A stretch of 32,312 nt of DNA from Promethearchaeota archaeon (GTDB lineage: Archaea; Asgardarchaeota; Lokiarchaeia; Sigyniarchaeales; SOKP01). The first letter of the stretch is position 1. Every line of letters starts with the position of its first letter. The notes under the pieces are model-generated. The model saw nothing but the letters and a program-made list of their open reading frames with translations, was not told the DNA's origin and did no database searches. Shown here piece after piece: positions 28,623-32,312 of the stretch. Location: the NCBI GenBank assembly GCA_018238625.1, contig JABCSY010000046.1, positions 1 to 32,312 of the forward strand, read 5' to 3'. The position numbers and the translations under genes are program-made.

Positions 28623-29072
28623 TCATGAAAAAGATTTCCCATCGAATACAACAGGTTTAATTGCACCTTCAGGACAAGCCAACTCACACTTCAAACAGCC
28701 TTGGCACTTATCGACTTCATTAAAATTATAGAGAATCCCATCCACTTCTTGTCCATCTTTTTTCACTTTGCCTTTATAAAACAAATTTTGAGGGCAAAAC
28801 TTACCGTTTTCCTCAAGACATTGTTCGCACATGGTACATTTAGTATGATCTATTTTTACCGTAAGAACCTGACCTGGCATTACAGAAGTTACTTGAATTG
28901 CATTTCGAGGACAAACTTGAACACACGATAAGCATCCTTTACATTTAGAATAATCCACAAGCCTAACTGAATGATCAAAGTAAATTGCGTCGCTCCTACA
29001 CGCTTTTAAACATCTCTCGCAGCGCATACAGAGCTCTTGGTTAATTTGAATTGGAATGAATTTTTCCTTAAT
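28623..29072 (-). CDS. Polyferredoxin with four 4Fe-4S motifs; start extended to ATT 29072
   Basis: CMRCERCLKAC, CKGCLSCVQVCP, CTMCEQC...FCP and CQGCLKCELACP. The first Cys codon lies upstream of the annotated ATG. Confidence 0.85.
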   Translation of the reverse strand: MKEKFIPIQINQELCMRCERCLKACRSDAIYFDHSVRLVDYSKCKGCLSCVQVCPRNAIQVTSVMPGQVLTVKIDHTKCTMCEQCLEENGKFCPQNLFYKGKVKKDGQEVDGILYNFNEVDKCQGCLKCELACPEGAIKPVVFDGKSFS

Positions 29073-29193
29073 GAGAATTTACCTCTTATTACTGTTGATT
29101 CACTAATAAAAATTACCCAAGAATAATAAAATTAATTTTTATAAATTATTATTTCCTAAGTTTAATTTTAAATAGAAATTAAATTAATTTGTA

Positions 29194-30204
29194 ATGATTT
29201 CAAACATAATTAATAATAAAAGAGAGAAAAGCATCGCTTATATATTATTAATATTGACAGCTGTTATTTGGGGGGGTACTTGGCCATTAGGTCGATGGTT
29301 AGTATCAGAGGAAGTCGGAGGAGTAACGATCCCCCCATTAATGATAGCAGTAGTTCGATACTTTTTGGTTGTAATCTGTTTCTTTCTTATTCTTAAGTCT
29401 CAAGAAGGAACTTTAAATTGGAAATTTGCGAAGGAAAATTGGAAAATTTTAACTCTAATGGGACTGTTATCTGTAACAATTTTTCAAGTAGGGTATCAAT
29501 TTGGAGTTGATATGACTGGTGCAAGTGATGCTAGTATCTTAGCTACTACAAATGCTATTTGGGTCGTTATTTTTTCAAGCAGATTTTTAAAGTCGGAATT
29601 CTTTACTTGGAAAAAAGGTGTAGGAACCCTCTTAGCATTTATAGCTGTTATTGTTGTGTTTGGGTTCTCTCCTAATGTAAATGTTTCAAATCGAATTCTT
29701 GGGGACATTTTAATTTTATCTGCTGCATTTGCTTATGCAATATATACAGTTCTTTCCCGTCATTTCATAAATAAAACTCGAGAAAAATCAAATTCTTATC
29801 AACCTACATCTTTATGGATAATAACTTGGGTTTCTTTTTTTGGATTTTTATTAATGACTCCTATTTCATTACTCATTAGTCCAGAATATCTTAATCCATT
29901 ACAGTATCTATATATTCCAAGCCGTGTTTGGGTTGGGATTGCATATTTAGCATTTCTTTCAACAGTAGTGGGATATACACTCTATTTAGAAGGAATTAAA
30001 CGTTTAAATGCCAGTCGAGCAGCGATATTTCATACTCTTGTGCCTTTAATTGGAGTAATTCTTTCTGTTATATTTTTACAAGAACGATTCGATGTTTTAA
30101 TTTATCCTTTTGCCTTATTACTAGTGGTGGTTGGAATAATTCTTGTAAATCTTAAATCCCCTCGAAATAAAGAAGAAAAACTTATCAAAAGGGAAAAAAA
30201 ATAA
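29194..30204 (+). CDS. EamA/DMT family transporter
   Basis: About ten TM helices, IWGGTW, and two EamA halves (GASDASIL / NASRAAIF). Confidence 0.9.
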   Translation: MISNIINNKREKSIAYILLILTAVIWGGTWPLGRWLVSEEVGGVTIPPLMIAVVRYFLVVICFFLILKSQEGTLNWKFAKENWKILTLMGLLSVTIFQVGYQFGVDMTGASDASILATTNAIWVVIFSSRFLKSEFFTWKKGVGTLLAFIAVIVVFGFSPNVNVSNRILGDILILSAAFAYAIYTVLSRHFINKTREKSNSYQPTSLWIITWVSFFGFLLMTPISLLISPEYLNPLQYLYIPSRVWVGIAYLAFLSTVVGYTLYLEGIKRLNASRAAIFHTLVPLIGVILSVIFLQERFDVLIYPFALLLVVVGIILVNLKSPRNKEEKLIKREKK

Positions 30205-30328
30205 TATTCTAAGTAAACAATTAAAGCAAAACTTTAATACATTTGATTTTCTACTCAATTTTGAGAGTTATAAATTCAAAAAAGATTGTATTCTTTACAT
30301 CTTAAGTCGCAAAGAAAAAGGTTATCAT

Positions 30329-32233
30329 ATGGACTATACTATTTTTATAAGTTATGCAATGGCGGATAGTAAAAAATTGCAAGTAAGCAATATTGCAACT
30401 CAATTAGAAGAGAGAGATGATGTAGACATAGTACACTATTGGGAAGGGTGGCACGGGTATTTAGATGGTGATATTATAAGTTTCATGGAAGATAACATCA
30501 AAAGCTCAGATATTTTTATTGCTGTATGTACTGAAGCCTCAAATTTATCAGAAAATTGTGGAAAAGAACGAAGAATGGCCGTTTTTCAGAATAAACGGCT
30601 CGTGCCTCTCTTCGAAGATTTCAGTAATGTTCCGGAATCTTTTCAGCCTTATATTGGCATTAATTTCACAAGTAAAAATATGACTACTATAGCCAATGAG
30701 ATCTATGAATTAATTATAAAAGGAAGGGAAGAAATCATTGAAGCTCCTTCATCATTAAAAAAAGCCATATTCTTTTCAAAACAAGTTAACCTTAATGAAA
30801 TTCAAATCCTCAAGTCAATTCAAAAAGAAATAAACAATAATCTTAAAGACCGCTTCAAAATTGATAAAAATGGCTATGTAACTTCACTAGATTTTTCCTC
30901 TATGACACTGAATTCTATACCAAATTCTATATATTCTCTTAAGAATTTGATAACGGCGAATTTCTCTTTTGATTCATTCGAAACCGATGATGAAGTTAAA
31001 GAGCTCTTTTTAGATGGAAAAGAAATTTTAATTAATGGAAAAATGTATGTAGACGGACAAATCGAAGAAAGGGTTAAAATTGATTCTCAGAGAAGACAAA
31101 GGTTAAAAGAAAAATTTAGAGTAAAACCAGAACAATTTAAGGTATTAGGGGAATTACAAAAATTATTAATCAAGGAACTTCCTAAAGAAGATGAGATTGG
31201 TTGGAGCGATTATGGTGTAAAAGTTGAGAACGAAGAAGTTTTAACGCTAGGATTAGCTAATTGTGACTTAATGAGACTTCCAGACGATTTTGGAAATCTA
31301 ACTTCACTAAATGATCTTTTTGTGAAGAATAATAAATTAACAACTCTTCCTAACTCAATAGGAAATCTAAAAACACTTAGAAGAGTATCATTTAAAAACA
31401 ATCAATTGACAATTCTGCCTGATATTTTTGGCAACCTTGAATCAATTCGAGAATTAGCAATAAGTGAAAATCAACTTAAAGTACTTCCAGCTTCTATTGG
31501 CAATCTTAAATCACTTCTCTCCCTATGGTTTTATAGTAATCAATTAGAATCACTCCCAGAATCTTTTGGGCAGTTAGAATCACTTGAAAAACTGTTTATT
31601 TATGAGAATAACCTAATATCTCTCCCTAAATCCTTTGGAAATCTTAAATCTCTTCAAGAAATAGATTTACACCGGAATCAATTAACAACCATTCCAGAAT
31701 CTTTTGGTAATCTTGAGTCTCTTCTTAAACTTAATCTTTCACGAAATAAATTGGAAACTCTCTCAGAATCGTTCTGTAATCTTGAATTGTTAATGAAGTT
31801 AGATTTATCATATAATCAAATTAGTTCCTTACCAGAATCCATCGGAAACCTAGAATTACTTGTAGAATTGAATTTGAGTGAAAATTATAGTATTACTCAC
31901 TTACCAGAATCCCTTGGAAAGCTGAAATCGCTTTTGGAGTTAAATTTAGATTTTAATGGATTAATAGAACTTCCGGAATCCATAGGGAATCTTGAATCCC
32001 TTCGTATAATAAGTTTAATCGATAATAAATTAACATTCCTTCCAGCATCTTTTCAAAACCTGAAGTCACTCATAATCTTGAATTTAAAAGGCAATAGTCT
32101 TACAACCATACCAGAATTCTTACTGGAGCTCCCAAACCTGAGATTTCTAAATGTCCAAAATAATCCCTTAGATTCAAATGCTGAGAAGATTATGCAAAAG
32201 TTAAGTGTAAAAGGAATAAAAGTTAATAAGTAA
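30329..32233 (+). CDS. TIR - LRR protein
   Basis: N-terminal IFISYA...SENCGKE...LVPLF; a short capped LRR block, then 13 LRRs of 23-24 aa. Confidence 0.9.
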   Translation: MDYTIFISYAMADSKKLQVSNIATQLEERDDVDIVHYWEGWHGYLDGDIISFMEDNIKSSDIFIAVCTEASNLSENCGKERRMAVFQNKRLVPLFEDFSNVPESFQPYIGINFTSKNMTTIANEIYELIIKGREEIIEAPSSLKKAIFFSKQVNLNEIQILKSIQKEINNNLKDRFKIDKNGYVTSLDFSSMTLNSIPNSIYSLKNLITANFSFDSFETDDEVKELFLDGKEILINGKMYVDGQIEERVKIDSQRRQRLKEKFRVKPEQFKVLGELQKLLIKELPKEDEIGWSDYGVKVENEEVLTLGLANCDLMRLPDDFGNLTSLNDLFVKNNKLTTLPNSIGNLKTLRRVSFKNNQLTILPDIFGNLESIRELAISENQLKVLPASIGNLKSLLSLWFYSNQLESLPESFGQLESLEKLFIYENNLISLPKSFGNLKSLQEIDLHRNQLTTIPESFGNLESLLKLNLSRNKLETLSESFCNLELLMKLDLSYNQISSLPESIGNLELLVELNLSENYSITHLPESLGKLKSLLELNLDFNGLIELPESIGNLESLRIISLIDNKLTFLPASFQNLKSLIILNLKGNSLTTIPEFLLELPNLRFLNVQNNPLDSNAEKIMQKLSVKGIKVNK

Positions 32234-32312
32234 ACTTTTTAGTATTTCACATAATTTTTTCTCTATACTTTTTCTTTATTGTTGAAAATTTTGATGTAAT
32301 CATAAACGTTAT

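Noticed and set aside
10403-31401. Remaining short overlapping ORFs in the track (within protein B, protein C, copA, beta-CASP, iscS, ABC ATPase, LRR genes, ferredoxin and EamA)
   Set aside because: Antisense or alternate-frame shadows of well-supported genes.
31260-32170. About 69-bp periodicity suggesting a CRISPR-like array
   Set aside because: Explained by the coding LRR repeats; no invariant repeat-spacer structure anywhere in the window.

Overview
AT-rich archaeal window, most likely from an Asgard archaeon (Lokiarchaeia). This is inferred from the Loki-CTERM-type anchors (PGY, hydrophobic helix, basic tail), a Rab-like small GTPase with GGKxDL, TIR/LRR proteins and an intron-containing archaeal tRNA-Arg(TCT). 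From left to right: the 3' end of a bacterial-type GWxTD gene; the tRNA; a truncated type IV pilin; a same-strand cluster of a degenerate small GTPase, two CxxC-x23-HxxH microproteins (one missed by the ORF track) and a coiled-coil protein; a DDE transposase; three modular Loki-CTERM surface proteins interleaved with a vapBC pair, a PD-(D/E)xK nuclease and a DUF5655-like gene; a Cu-ATPase with extra metal-binding tails; iscU, beta-CASP nuclease, mobA-like and iscS; an ABC-2 exporter; LRR-TIR; AfpA; a polyferredoxin; an EamA transporter; and TIR-LRR. The best leads are (1) the modular surface-protein array with signs of recombination, (2) two TIR/LRR proteins in opposite domain order, both keeping the putative NADase Glu, (3) the pseudo-GTPase/zinc-microprotein cluster, and (4) sequence evidence for AUU translation initiation. 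All family calls come from reading motifs by eye, not from database searches.
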